DNA from: Ginglymostoma cirratum | Taxonomy: Eukaryota | Reading direction: 5' to 3' | Length of the DNA stretch: 64,000 nt | Assembly: GCA_024137785.1 (NCBI GenBank) | Contig: JAHRHZ010000099.1 | Span: 12,111,872 to 12,175,871 of the forward strand | In this document: positions 41,340 to 54,947 of the stretch, in pieces | Layout of the letters: every line of letters starts with the position of its first letter | Numbering within the stretch: position 1 is the stretch's first letter | Notes under the pieces: generated by a model | The model's input: only the letters and a program-made list of their open reading frames with translations | The model's database searches: none | Told to the model about the DNA's origin: nothing | Position numbers and translations under genes: made by a program

Positions 41340-41645
41340 CTAGTGCAAAATTGAAAGAGTGCTACACTGTCAGAGGTAATAATTTTTGAATGAAACATTA
41401 AATCCATGCTCCTTTTTCCCTCTAACATGAACTTGAAACAATTCATTGTACCATTCTGATGAGAAGAAGATAGGGCTTCCCTCATGCCCAGGCCATATTT
41501 AGTCCTCAATTAACATCAAACAATAACAGGTTATCTGATCATTATCACATTGTAGCATGTGGGAACTTGTTGTGCATAAATTGGCTGCTGCATTTCCTGC
41601 ATTTTACAGTGTCTAACCTTCAAAGGTATGTCAGTAGCTGTGAAT
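41340..41645 (+). mobile_element. Deu-domain-like SINE (SacSINE1/DeuSINE-like)
   Basis: TTATCTGATCATTATCACATTG...GTGGGAACTTG.TGTGCATAAATTGGCTGC; related fragments at 29085-29260 and 34880-35060; family name from recall. Confidence 0.55.
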
Positions 41646-44126
41646 TTTCTTGTGGTAAAGACAAATGCAACTTTTTGTTTTTTTATAACCTTGAATGACT
41701 CACAGACAATGAAGTTAACAAATATTTAAACTGAAAGCACAAACTCTGAAACAGCCAAGATAGAGATATTGTAATTCAGATATGCACATCTTTCAATGTT
41801 CTGAACTTAGCCAATGCTGTAATCGTAATAATAGTAGCTTACTTAATGTGGGGAAACACTGGTTCAAGATTTAATCCGTCAGAAGCAATACAGAATAGCT
41901 TGGAAAAAAAACCTACCAGGACCACAAGATTAATATTCCAATTACACTGTAATATTGCGCGTTAAGTATATGGCTCAGCATACCAAGAAATAAAACTTTA
42001 TTTATGCATTTTAAAAGTAGAACATAATTAAATACTTCTGAACAATTCAAAACAGCAACCTTTCAATTTTCGGTTACATGCATGGAAATCTCAAATTTTA
42101 GCAATGCTTGTTTGAAAACCCACATAAAAGCTCACTTCTTGCTATGTTAATTTTCGCTATCTTTGCATAATGGTGTTAATATAGAAACACGTTGAAAGTC
42201 TGGTCAAAGTGATGTTGTGCAGGTACAGTTTCAGATAACCATTAAGTCCAGTCTATTCGTCTAACAAAAGGAAATGTCTTATCAATGATTTAATGATCAA
42301 GAGAAAAGCATTAAACACAGACTTATTTCAACTATTCTAACATAAATGTAAAATACTGACAAATGTAATGTATATTTTAAAGTTTTATTATTTAGTCGCT
42401 GCTGATCTTGTTCAACTTATTTCCACTTACCAAAATATGTTTGTATCTCAGTAGCTAATGCTAATTACAAAATAATCACAACACAAAATATTTAAGCAGT
42501 TCTAAGCTAAACTGCAATTTCATAATTACAACATCAAAAAAAACAGACACATTATTCCAACTCAAATGGCCAAATTACATTTTATTAATTAATAACATAA
42601 GCACTAGGCTGCACTGTTTGGTACATATCCATCAGACTGTCAGAGGTGAAATGGTAATTCTCTTCAAACTTTTCTCTGCCCAGGTCACATATTTTAGTCA
42701 AGTTTTTAATCAAGGTATAGACATGAGGCCCTTACACAGGGGCCTTTTCTTAAACAAATGTTGTTGGCTGTCTCATGTCTTCTTTCTAGAATAGCTGTCT
42801 GTCGTGATGATGGCTGACTTTCCAGAGAAATATCTGTGGCTTTGGCAGTGTCTTTGATCTTTCTATTCACCCCGTGCTAGCTACATGACAGTTGAACTGC
42901 TAAGATACACTGTAATTCCTGTGAAGTGTTTTCATTTTTTAGCCTTATAAAAATATCTCGGAAATTATGAGCAGATGAGATATTAATTCGTTTTAACTCA
43001 CCAAACAATTCTAAACTGCAGACTAATTAGTGCAAACTCTGAATAGACAGAATAACTGCCAATTGAAAATGCATTCTTTGTGGAATATTCATGTATTAAA
43101 TTACTAATGTATTAGGAGGATTTGCAATGATAATTAATAAAATTACCATAAACGTACAGCCTGAATCAGCCCATTATGCCAACGTTCGCACTCCACAGAA
43201 GCTCCTCTCTTCATTTAACTCCATCAGCATATTGTTTTCCTTCTTTCGTTACTCATGTCTTTATTTAGCAACTCCTTAAATACATCTATGCCACTTGCCC
43301 TAGCTCATCTTTGTGATAGTGAGTTTCACATTCTTATCTTACCTAATTGCAATGGTAATTTTAATCAATTGTGTTGCATGGAATGTACCTCTGCAAGTAT
43401 CTCAAAATTGAGTGGTGTTATGTGTGCAGTTAGTAGTTCTTAAAGTGAGAATGGGAAAAATCATGTCAAGGTAGTTGAGGCTAACAAATGTACTGAGAAA
43501 AATGGAAGAAAAAGGGACTGATAGAATGACCATAATCTCAGTCTATGCAGCTTCTAAGCGCTGCCACTTGGCAGTGCTGCATAATGTAACAGAAATTGCT
43601 TACTTGTAGACTCATAAACATATTCCAAAGTTCTTCTGTAGTATGAAAATATCCAGTTTAGATAATTATACATAAGTGAAAACATTCATAATAGGACTTG
43701 TTGTTATCAGCAACAATAATGCTAATATATATACAATATCTATACAATAAGATAATTTGACCAGTCATGGTACATCACTGGAGCATAACGAAACAAAAAT
43801 TGAATCAAACTGAACAATACGACCAAGTGCTTAAATAAAGGGAGAAATTTTACGGAAGATCTTAAAGTAGTGTGTATTCTTGAGAGTGATTCTCTATAAA
43901 AGAATGAATCATTGTTTTAACATCGGTTTTATCATTTGATAGATGTTTTAAACTGTCTTAAAATGCAGGAGTGGAGTATGCCAAGTAACAACCTCGTTCT
44001 ACCTCACACTAACACAACTTGCTTGCTATGGGAACCCAGGTCAAATTTTATTAAAACTCAAGTACTTTTGGACACAAGAAAAGGAACAGCAGATTTGACC
44101 CGGTGCAGATCTACTGACTCAGAGAT

Positions 44127-44320
44127 TAAAAGGGAGGGAGAAAGATGATCACAGCAGGCCAGGCGGCATCAGAGGAGCAGGAAAGCTGACGTTTCAGGTC
44201 TGGAAGGGTTCAGACCCGATACTTCAGCTTTCCTGTTCCTCTGATGCTGCCTGGCCTGCTGTGTTCATCTAGCTCCACACCTTCTTATCTCAGACCTCAG
44301 GATCGGCAGTTCCTACTATC
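44127..44320. mobile_element. Penelope-derived palindromic element, family A, with 17-bp direct repeat
   Basis: TCTACTGACTCAGAGAT at 44110-44126 and 44321-44337; arms CACAGCAGGCCAGGCGGCATCAGAGG / CCTCTGATGCTGCCTGGCCTGCTGTG. Confidence 0.8.
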
Positions 44321-44444
44321 TCTACTGACTCAGAGATCCTGGATAGAAAGTGAGAGAGTCCTGGAAAGGTAAAGAGAGAGGAGAAGCAGAAGCTGCAGGG
44401 AACAGCAAGGGAAAAAAGATTTTCTTTTAGCTAACAACCAGAAT

Positions 44445-44682
44445 GTTCTGAGGAAGGGTCACTGGACCCAAAATGTTAACTCTGATTTTCTCTTCACAGA
44501 TGCTGCCAGACCTGCTGAGCTTTTCCAGCAACTTCTGTTTTTGAACTAGAATCTGATGAAGGGTCTAGGCCCGAAACGTCAAGCTTTCCTGCTCCGAAGA
44601 TGCTGCTTGGCCTGCTGTGTTCATCCAGCTCCACACCTTGTTATCTCGGATTCTCCAGCATCTGCAGTACCTATTATCTCTG
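44445..44682 (+). mobile_element. Tandem single arms: family B (44445-44542) then family A (44551-44682)
   Basis: Direct homology to the right arms of 55537-55771 and 46248-46679; each arm starts at a hammerhead-like core. Confidence 0.8.
44553..44580 (+). ncRNA. Minimal hammerhead ribozyme motif (intact core)
   Basis: CTGATGA-A-GGGT CTAG GCCC-GAAA-CGTC; stem I poorly supported in this copy. Confidence 0.6.
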
Positions 44683-46157
44683 TTGGTTGGATCTAATTCT
44701 TTATTTGAAGAGATGGGGCCGGATGATGTTTAAGGCTATGTGAGGACTTGCCCTCATGTGGCTGGAAGAAGGAAATATTGGAGTGGGCCTGACTGCTGGA
44801 AGTTGGTTCACAGAGTCTCAGAAGATTGAGGGAAGCAATTTTCACTGATCACTGAATGCGACAACTCATCGAGCCTGTCGGAAGTTGAAAGTAACTCTGG
44901 ACTGGTTCCTGTAAAGACTTCAATTCTGCAAAGTATAGATTACATTTAAACATGGCATTGGAATTTTAGTTGTGCAAGCAAGTTAGAAGGTGATATATTT
45001 TCTATAATTTGGAATATTAGTGGCCTGTCAAATAATGTTTATTTTCATTAGTTCATTAACGTAAAAGTCTTAAAACTTTGAGTTAGCTATTGAGAATTTA
45101 AATCTCTTTTTAAATGTTATCTGTTTCTAGAGGATGTAACATCATAACAGATAACAGGAACAGAGTTACACACATTGTCAGTAAAATATCAATCCTGTCA
45201 TAATTCTGATCAATACATATTCATATGCCTAAAAATATTATTTAAATAAACCCAAATTTGGCACACTGCCCCTCATCATCAGCTATTGAATTCATATGAG
45301 GAACAAAGTCATATAGATCAGAAGTCTCCAATGATTCATTCCTGATCACCACTGGATTAGGTAGTCCTGCCTAATACTCCAGCTTGGTCACCTACAATTT
45401 TCCTCAGTGAACCGTGATTAATAGAAGATTAAATATGAACAAATATCACACGTAAATTGAAACCCAAACACAGCCTGATGTTAGACGCCAATTGTAGCTG
45501 AGCGTTAAATTTTTTAACTCCCAAACTTTTTGCCACATCTCATCTGATCGTGAAATTCTCATCCATGTCTTTATTATTAAGAGAATTCACTATTGTGATG
45601 TTTGGTCAGTCAACTAACCTCCCTCTGCACCACATAGAAAACTTCCACTTAATCTAAAACTGAAATTGCTGGAGAAACTCATCTGTGGCCAGAGATGTTG
45701 CCAGACCTACTGAGTTACTCCAGCAGTTTCTGCTTTTGTTTCAGATCTTCAGCATCCATTGTGCTTTGTGTTATTCACTAATTCCAATTCTGATGCTCCT
45801 GTCCTTTCTTGCACCAACCCGTTCATCCATCACTGATTCATGCTGACATCTGGTCCTCAAATACTTCAAATCTAAAATTCGTTGTTTTTGTGTTTAACCA
45901 TCTAAAAGGATGCTGAAGAACTATTAGGGTTTTCTTTACCAAAATCCAACAACATTTTAATCACTTTTTCTGATTTCAATTTAATTTCTAGATCTTTGAT
46001 TAAATTATATGATGAGTAACTGTATGGGTTCTTCAAAAGTGATCAGAGGAAATATTGGACCAAATTTCCACTATAGTAAATATTAATTCTTATCTGAAAG
46101 GTATAGATATTGAATTTCAGTTTTGTAAGTTTTGCATAGTTTTAGATTTAATCTCTG

Positions 46158-46202
46158 AATTAATTATTATTGTGAGTTACTCACTCACAATAATAATTAA
46201 TT
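46158..46202. repeat. Perfect AT-rich inverted repeat, 20-bp arms with 5-nt spacer
   Basis: AATTAATTATTATTGTGAGT-TACTC-ACTCACAATAATAATTAATT. Confidence 0.9.
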
Positions 46203-46247
46203 ATTATATTCAATCTAAAACTACCTAAAAGAACACAGAATGTGGGA

Positions 46248-46679
46248 GGTAACAAGGTTTATAGCTGGATGAACACAGCAGGCCAAGCAGCATCATAGGA
46301 GCAGGAAAGCTTGACGCTTCGGGCCTAGACCCTTCATCAGAAATGGGGGAGGGGAAGAGGGTTCTGAAATAAACAGGGAGAGAGAAGGAGGCAGATAGAG
46401 GATGGATAGAGGAGAGGATAGGTGGAGAGGAGACAGACAAGTCAAAGAGGCGGGGATGGAGCCAGTGGTATCTTCTCCTCTATCCATCCTCTATCCGCCT
46501 CCCCCTCTCTCCCTATTTATTTCAGAACCCCCTTCCCCTCCCCCATTTCTGATGAAGGGTCTAGGCCCGAAACGTCAGCCTTCCTGCTCCTATGATGCTG
46601 CTTGGCCTGCTGTGTTCATCCAGCTCTACACCTTGTTATCTCGAATTCTCCAGCATCTGCAGTTCCTATTATCTCTGAT
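46248..46679. mobile_element. Longest family A Penelope-derived element (~170-bp inverted arms), with 13-bp TSD
   Basis: ACAGAATGTGGGA at 46235-46247 and 46680-46692; purine-rich and pyrimidine-rich inner arms. Confidence 0.9.
46549..46576 (+). ncRNA. Minimal hammerhead ribozyme motif (intact core)
   Basis: CTGATGA-A-GGGT CTAG GCCC-GAAA-CGTC; the mirror copy on the minus strand (46313-46340) has GAAA changed to GAAG. Confidence 0.65.
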
Positions 46680-47929
46680 ACAGAATGTGGGATGGTAGCT
46701 GGGCCATAGAAGTGACACCACCTACAAATTGCCTTCCAAGTAAGGCACCATTTTGAGTTGGAAATATATCACCAAACCTTCATTATCACATGGTCAAAAT
46801 GTGCAAATCCATCCCTAAAGTCTAACAATAGGTAACTTCTCTTTCCAGCAGTTTTGTTTTGACCAATCAATGACTAGCTGAAGTTATAACCAAAATGACA
46901 CTGTTTTAGCTGTATGAGCTATTCTGGTAGAAAGTACCTTAACACAAGTAAATGTACTTCATGAGCCAGATTTTTGATCCCAGTGGAAGCGTGGAACATC
47001 AAATATGATATTTCTAGCTAGGAAAATAATTTTCCTCTGTTTTTCCAAGCCCTCGCAGTTTTGTGCGGCCTTTGGCTTAGTCACAAAGATTTTGGGTGCA
47101 AAATGTTAACTCTGCCAAAGTTGAGGTCTCCATTGTGAGAAAATCACAAAAATTGTATATCCTTTAGCATACACTTTTCATGTGCTCGCGGTGTGTGCTT
47201 TCTAAGTCCTAAAAATACACTTCTTTTGAGACTTTAAGACCTCCAGGGGAGGCTGGCAGAGGAGTTCAGAACATTCTTAAATGTAGTTGTGAATTGTCTT
47301 CACACCTTCAACTGTTGCTAATAAATATTGTACTGTAATGTAGATGTGTTTTAATGGAATGATTCACAACAGAAATCAATCCTTCAAACTTAAACTGACC
47401 CTTATGCTGACCAGCATGGTGTTGTAGTATATTCCAATTGTTAACATTGCCAAAATGCAGCAAAATGTAGAAAAGAATGTCCTGTCAGGATCTGCTGTCA
47501 TGTTTTGTTCTGTGATTTAATTTGACAGCTCTAACTGTCAGAAAAGCCAGAACTTTTGAAAGTTGAACTGAAGCTTCTATACCTACTTTCTGTCATTTAT
47601 TAACAGGCATTAAACTTTGGAATGAAAATGGGACATTATTCTGTTCTGTCAGTCTAAGGCCATGTGGCTGGAAGTTTTGGCTATATCTGTTGTAACCATT
47701 AAGGTTTTGGAGTAGATTTGTTGGCTTGGTTGCTTGGCTGGATTCAAAAGCTAATAATGCTGTAAGCTTAAAACATGGTCTACTTATCTGAAAATAACTG
47801 AAGTTTTTAAGTGGCTGTATTAGCTGTTCAGAGGTTGGAAAATCTGCCGTGAGTATCTCACCTCTTGATTTCATAAAGCCTGTCCCAACATTTATTAGGT
47901 AGAAGCCAGAAGGATGATCTTTGTCTGAA

Positions 47930-48365
47930 TGAGTGCTGCTCCAACCAGATTCAAGAATCTCTACATCTTCAAGAGAAAAGTGTCCTCTGAGATTGGCATT
48001 CCATCCACCACCTTAATGTTCACTCCGTCTGCCACTGGCACAGAGTGACAGCAGTGTGTATCACAGGCAAGATGCACAATATCAACTTACTGATATACCT
48101 TTGGCAGTATTTTCTGAACCCATATATCTACCACTCAGAAGAACAAGGCAGCAGGCAGATAGAAACACCATCATCTACAAGATCTTCTCCAAAGCACATA
48201 TGATCCTGATTTGGAAATAATTTGCTATTCCTTGTCTATAACTGAGGCAAAATACTAGACTGTCCTCCCTAAAAGAAGTTCACTGACTCTGATTTAGGAA
48301 GGTAATTCACAACCACACTCTTAAGGGCAATGAAAGATGCCAGAACATACATATCCAATGAATGA
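47930..48365 (+). mobile_element. LINE 3' fragment (family of 17335)
   Basis: TGAATGAGTGCTGCTCCAAC...GCAGTGTGTATCAC...GATGCAC...CTTAAGGGCAAT. Confidence 0.6.
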
Positions 48366-51300
48366 ATTTTTTAAAAAATACTGTTTTGCCTTTTTTGCAA
48401 CACTCAAATATGAATATTCCAATACAATAAACACACAAATATTAATATCCCAAGAAGATAGCTAGAGATATACCTCACATGTCTACACTAGAAAAGATTA
48501 ATTGAAAAGAGCAGTAAATCATTCTTATTATTCTATTTATCATGTTCAGCATTGGACCTTTTCATCAAGGTTTTGTCTCTGAAATGAATAGACCACTACA
48601 TTTCCACTATTTTAAATTACAGGATACCACAGTTCTAAAATTCAAAATTTTTTTAAAAAGTTGATTTTAAAATTCTCCTCTCTATTTTCAAATCTTTCCA
48701 TGGCCTCAACCCTCTCTATTTCTGTAATGTCCTTGAACAGTACAATCTTCTGAAATCTCTGTTGTCCTCAAATATCAAGACTTTAGTCATCTACCACTAT
48801 ATATCTGACTTGATAAGGCCCACATGAAGAATGCTTTAACATTTTATTATGTTAGATGTATTGCATTCATACAAATTGTTGCCATTGAGATATTTTTCTG
48901 CAGGGTGATTAATCCATTTTAATATATACAGGTTAATATCTCTAATATAAAAATATCAAAATAAATTTCAGACAAATAAATACAGTATAATTTCAGGACC
49001 AGTATCCTTTTCCACGAGGTCTTTATTTTCCTACATTTCTCTCTTTCTTTCTCATAACAACAGCTTTTATTTTATGTATATAATTAATCTTTCCTTAACA
49101 TATTGATTATCATCTAGGCGCAGGACTATTGCATTCTTTAACATTGAGAATAAATTTCATAAAATGTTGTTCTTTCCACAAGTATAAGAATTGAATAGAA
49201 ATAAAATCTTAAATGCAACAATTTTTTGTTTCTATGCTTGTGTAAAATACAAATGTTCATGACAAGATATTTTTGACTGACTTTCTGATTATCATTATAG
49301 ATATCATTAGATAATCCAGTTTAACACATGGCAATTAAAGTCGTAATGTCAATTAGCCTAAGTAAGTTGGTTGGCTAAGCATGAGTGAAATGAGATGTAG
49401 AAGGACAGTCAAGTAGGATATTAAATTAAGCATTTTTTGTCAGACAGCGTATCTTCTGGTTCAATTATAGCATTCAACAAATCACTGAGCTCATAAATCA
49501 TATTGATTGAAACTGAGTTACCAATTTGCTTTGCTACATAAATATACAGTGCAACTTACAGAAGATTGTCTGCATGTATTTCCTTTTAGACTACGTCTTC
49601 TCAATATTGATAACACTTTCTCTTTGGACAGTGTTTATTTGAAGAATTCCTTTTACATCAAATCAAATATCAGCAGTGGACCTTTGTAGGAGACATCACT
49701 ATAGTTGTTTTTCCCACAGCAGGAACTGTAAAATATGAGCAACACTGACACAGCAATGGCAGGAAGACTGCATGTGTTGAATTGTACAGCAGTTATATTC
49801 TGAGGCTGCTCACAAAGCTAAGCCTGTGGATGTTGGAGCTCATTGTTTCTACCAGAAAATCCAAAAGAATAGGATTGTGCAGCCCAGAAGGAGGCCATTC
49901 AGTCCATTGAGTATATACCTGTCCATTCCAGGAAGAATTCAGTTAGTCCTATCATCTACTTCAACCTGTTTGTTCTTCCTCTGATTTTTTTTCTCCAAGT
50001 ATTTATTCAATCAATGATCTTCTTACATAATAACGTAACAACTAACTTTTACACCAATTTTTAATTTGCCAAGTAAGGCATGGCAGTATTCTTAAATGCT
50101 CTTCTCAATTACTCTTAAATGTTTTGTACCTGGATCTTGTGTGTAAATAGTATTAATGCAATCTGATCGCAGCCTTGTAGATCTGTTGCATTCATTACTA
50201 ATCACAGGCACTGCTGGAATTAAAAATAGATGGAAGCTAGCAAATGTTGTAATGCATTGTTGTACAAGCATAGCAGGGAAAAGGACGAATTAAATTTTAA
50301 GCTATGGTTCTGATAAGTGTGAAATTGGATGGTGAAGTCTTTTAAGTCATTGTTGGAGAACAAATTCATTTTAAAATAATGAAAATCTGAGATGGAGATG
50401 GCATATGATTGCGAAGGAGTGCAAAAATTGAAGCTTCACAAGAGCTTTGTACAAAACAGCATGGACCACATAATATGCTCAATCTGAGTGAAGTTCTAGG
50501 CTGAATTTCTGAGTGAGTGCAACTAAAGATTTATTTGGCTTTAATTTAGTGTCAAGTCACATTGACCATTGTTCTGGTACTATGCAAAATATGGGCATAG
50601 TTCAAAAAATTGATGCAAATCTCATCAGAAATTGACAACCTTGTCTAAATTCATTGATATACTGAAAATAAAATCAGAGGATATCAGAAAAACAACTTTT
50701 ATGATATTGACAGGACCATGAGCATCCTAATTTTCTTGTTTCTGACATTGCTATGCAGTAGATAAGATACAGGATGGATAATTGTTTAAAAAAAAATAGA
50801 AAAGTCCAAGGCTATAAAGTCAAGTGGTTTTTGAATACAGCTGATTGTTAAAACAAAATTTCAAGAAAATAACAGGGGAGGAAAGTATCACAGGGATGAT
50901 TTTAAACTTAAAATGTTTTTGAGATAGAAATGATAGATTATTACTACAACATGACAGCATTTTATCTCTAAGAACTCTGTGACACATTGGGTGGAATTTA
51001 TTTCCTGGCCCCTGGCGGCAAATTTGTAGGCATGGTGAATTTAATTGGACTGGAGGGTGGTGGGTTGAAGTGGTGGGCATTTTGGATTTGGCCACCTTGC
51101 TTCTGCCTGATTAGATTCAGAAGACTTTATCAACAGTCTGATGGGAACTTCGTACAGGTGACCCCTCACCACTGAATGTAATGTGAGGCTCTTGCCAGTT
51201 CTCCAGCCTATGAGTGAGATGACCAGCACCGCCATTAAATTCTGCCAGTATGCATAAAATTCAGTAATTTATTTGTGATTCTGATAAAATGTTCCAAAAG

Positions 51301-53861
51301 CAGTCATCAAGCTTTTATTAAAAAATGCAAGAAAATATGAGAACAACATAAGATTGCTTATTCCATCAGTCATCTCTTCTATTCTGTATGTAATCTCCTT
51401 CCACAGTAATTATCTCCTTTTGATCATCCCTATCCAAATCTGCCTATTGTTTAATCAACCTTACCCTTGCAGGCCTCTAAATTTCTCCCACCTTCTTGCC
51501 AATAATTACCCACCTTCCTCAACCAGTACAGCAATTGCCGAATCAAACATGCAAAACAGAGAATAAAAGAAACACTCTCTGGGCTACAGCCAGCTTCATG
51601 ATAACTTGGACATATTCTCTTGTTTTACACATGTGATGTGTGCATATAAACAGTCCTAAGGTCAACAAATAAATGCTAAGTGTTCTGAAGAATCGAGAGT
51701 TGTTTGACAAGGTCATCAAAGAATTTCTTTTTTTGATGAATGATGCACTTCACTTTCAAAAAATTCTACAATCCATTTTATTGTTGGAATGTTACACAAG
51801 ATAACACAAAAGCCATAAAAAGATAAATGTGGAAACCTTGGATGTCCAGAAAAACAGTCAAATATATTTTCACCCATGTCAAGGTCTATTGATATGTTAT
51901 GTATATAGTGAACAATTTTACATTATTCTTGTAAGGAACTTGGAAACATTACTTAAGCTGATGCTAGTCAGCAAGATGTCTTGACAGGGAATATTTTCTC
52001 AATAACTGATAATTACATGAGTGATCATGGGATAAATAAATTTCACAGTGCAAAATCTCAGCACAGGTCCTGTGAATTATCATATGGGATTCAAAATTTA
52101 CTGTACAAATATGAAAGGTTTGCATAAAAGTCAAATTAGTAAACATCTGGGTGGATTTAGTGAATTAAGAGATGAATTGTCTTGATTACAAATGATCTGA
52201 AAATTTGATGTTTTCATCAAAGCATCCCAGCTAACAGCTTCAGAACCAAGGAACACACAAAAACTCAAACGACGAAAAGGTCAAAGTTGCTTCTTCAAAT
52301 GTAACACTCCCATTTTGGAATGTTATTGATCCTCTTAATCTGAAGAAATTGAATCAACCAAAGAGAAAATTTCAGAATACATCGATGTGGAACTCCCCTC
52401 ACCCACAAATACAACAAATTCAGCAAAGGTCCAATTAAAGTCTTATTGTTGGGACGCTCCGGTGGCTCTAACTCAAGATTTTCATTATCCTTTAGAGACT
52501 CTCCATACCTTAGTTTTTAAATTGCTATCCTTATTTTGTTTGATTGTTTACCACATCAATAAATGATGTAATGTTTTAGGAAAATCTGCTTTGAATAGGA
52601 TAGCCCTATGTTTTCTTTCAAGTGTTGAACAATATGATCGATGCACTAAATAATTTTAGAAAGATTATCTGACTACCCGCAAGATTTACTGTGGAGCGTA
52701 TCTTGATGAATGCATATTAAGGGATGTTTTCCATTACAATGTACACACAACTATTAAAACAAAACAACTATAATTGTTGGAAAAAACTGAAGATTTGCAC
52801 CAGCACACAATGAATGGCTGCAAGTGCTTATTTTCTGAGCAATTGGGAATTATTATATTTAGCTATAAATTTTAAATACGAAACACTGAGACAAAGAGAA
52901 AGTTCCTTCCAGCACACACTTAAAATAAAGTGATATAGCCTTAAAGACTCAGTTCCTAGATTACTTCTAAAACAAAAGGAGTGTTAGGCAAGAAACACGC
53001 ATGAATGTACAAATAAGTGGCAGGGAGATTTTCACCTTAAGTAATGTGCAATTAAATTGGATAATATATTTAAGACTAGGGTTTACTACACACACCACAT
53101 AAAATAAACCCTTCCCAGTTAATGTTCAAAGTGGAAAGAGTTTCTCCTTTATTTAGATATTAATTAGAAACATACGCAAGCATGCTTATTAGATTTGATG
53201 TACTTCGATCATTTGACTACCAAGGAATGCAGGTGTCATTCATCCATAAGCATCTTTGGGAAAATACATATTGGGTAGATTTTCAACTAATTTCCTGAAT
53301 GTAAAATTAGAACCATGGCAATTAACAGCAACAAGAAAGTTCCAGACGTAGACGAAAATATTTTTATCCTGTACTTGTGTGATGCCAGATCCAAACCAGC
53401 CTGAAGTGGTCTGTGTTTTTGCAGGTTATGAATGAAAATAAGTCACATTAGCAGTATTTTCAGTTTTTACCATTGTTTGATGTTGTTTACCCTAAATCCG
53501 TACACGGAAACCAGTGAAAAAAATCTCCAGGTCAAAGCTGTAATCAACTCCAATCTATAACTAATTTATCATTTTTTCTAACACCAATTGCAACCAAAGA
53601 GTTTAGAAGAATATTAAAAAAATCTCGATCAAACCACCTGTATAACAAGTTGTCCACTTGATTGTTGACATCTTCTAGCACAAAGTTGTAGAGTAGTATT
53701 TGTAGGTGCTTGGCAACACAGTACAGCAAACATTTCAGTTATGACACTGAATTAATGGAGAATTAATTATTAGTTCATGATTTTACAATATGAAAATAGG
53801 TGTAACATTTTGATAAGTTGTTCTGCTGGGTAACTGTGAATGTTCTTCCATCAACCAGACA

Positions 53862-53995
53862 TTAAAACAAAGAACTGCAGATGCTGAAGGTATAAAACAA
53901 GAATACAATTACTGGAAACACTCAGCAAGTCTGGCAGCATCTGTGGAGAGAAAGCAAAATTAATATTTCACGTCCTATTACCTTTTTTTAGAACT
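53862..53995 (-). mobile_element. Single arm of a family B-related element
   Basis: AAAGAACTGCAGATGCTG...CTCAGCAAGTCTGGCAGCATCTGTGGAGAG. Confidence 0.6.
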
Positions 53996-54029
53996 TATCA
54001 GAACTTGTCAAAATATTAAGAGATGAGAG

Positions 54030-54376
54030 AGCTAGACTGATCTTCTGAGTCTATGGCTTTAAATTCAACCATGGCCAATCTCAGATTCTAAATGAAATTA
54101 ATGAAATCTAGATAATAAAGCTAGTCTCAGTGATGACAATCAAGAAACTATGAGGTCTTGTTAAAATCCATCTAGATCACCAAGTGTCTTTTAGGGAAAG
54201 AAGTCTACTGCCGTTACCTGGTCTGAATTACATGTGATGCCAGATGTACAGCAATATGATTGACTGTGAAATGGCCTTGTTTTTGGATAATTAGGAATGG
54301 GCAAAAATGCTGGCCTTTATCCATTAATTTATTATTAATTAATTAATTAAATCAATCAATCAATTAATTAATTAAT
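54030..54376 (+). mobile_element. Degenerate SINE (family of 12770) with (TAAT)n/(CAAT)n tail
   Basis: AAAATCCATCT...TGTCTTTTAGGGAA...CCGTTACCTGGTCTG...ACATGTGA; simple repeat at 54323-54376. Confidence 0.6.
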
Positions 54377-54947
54377 GACCAAGGATGAGGTTCATTGCTG
54401 TTGCGTTGAGCCTAAAAATTATTCTCTTCATATCAGTTCCCAGATGATTTTTAGGATACGAATCAACTGATCCTTTAGTGCTGTAATGTGGCACCTTGGA
54501 TTCTAGGAACAACCTCAAATAATTAAACAAATGTGCTTGGTCAGTTCTGTTGCCATTCTGGATATGACATCGAGGTACCCTTTTGGAAACTTGAATCTTG
54601 CATTTCCAGCATGCATGTTGACTGCTAGAGCAAAATTTCTGGGCATGATTCTATCTTTAGGAAAGAAAAAGGCCATGACAAATTTCACTTCCATTGTGGT
54701 GAATCATCTAAAAATAATGAAAATGTGAATTTTATTTTGGGAAATAAAATGACTATTCAAAATATCATAAAATACAAAATCTGAAGTAAGCTCTTAAGAG
54801 AGCAGACATTTCCAGAAAAATATCATTATTTTTAACAAATAACTGAAATATGCTAGAGCCACACCTCAATATTTTGAACAAGTTATGCAGAAATCTACAT
54901 GTAGAATTCCTTTCGGACTGATAAACAGTGTGCATTCTCTCTTAATA

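Noticed and set aside
46225-46698. Repeated peptides such as PPPFLMKGLGPKRQ...DAAWPAVFIQLYTLLS (also at 37267 and 15272)
   Set aside because: Translations of the non-coding repeat arms, not a gene family
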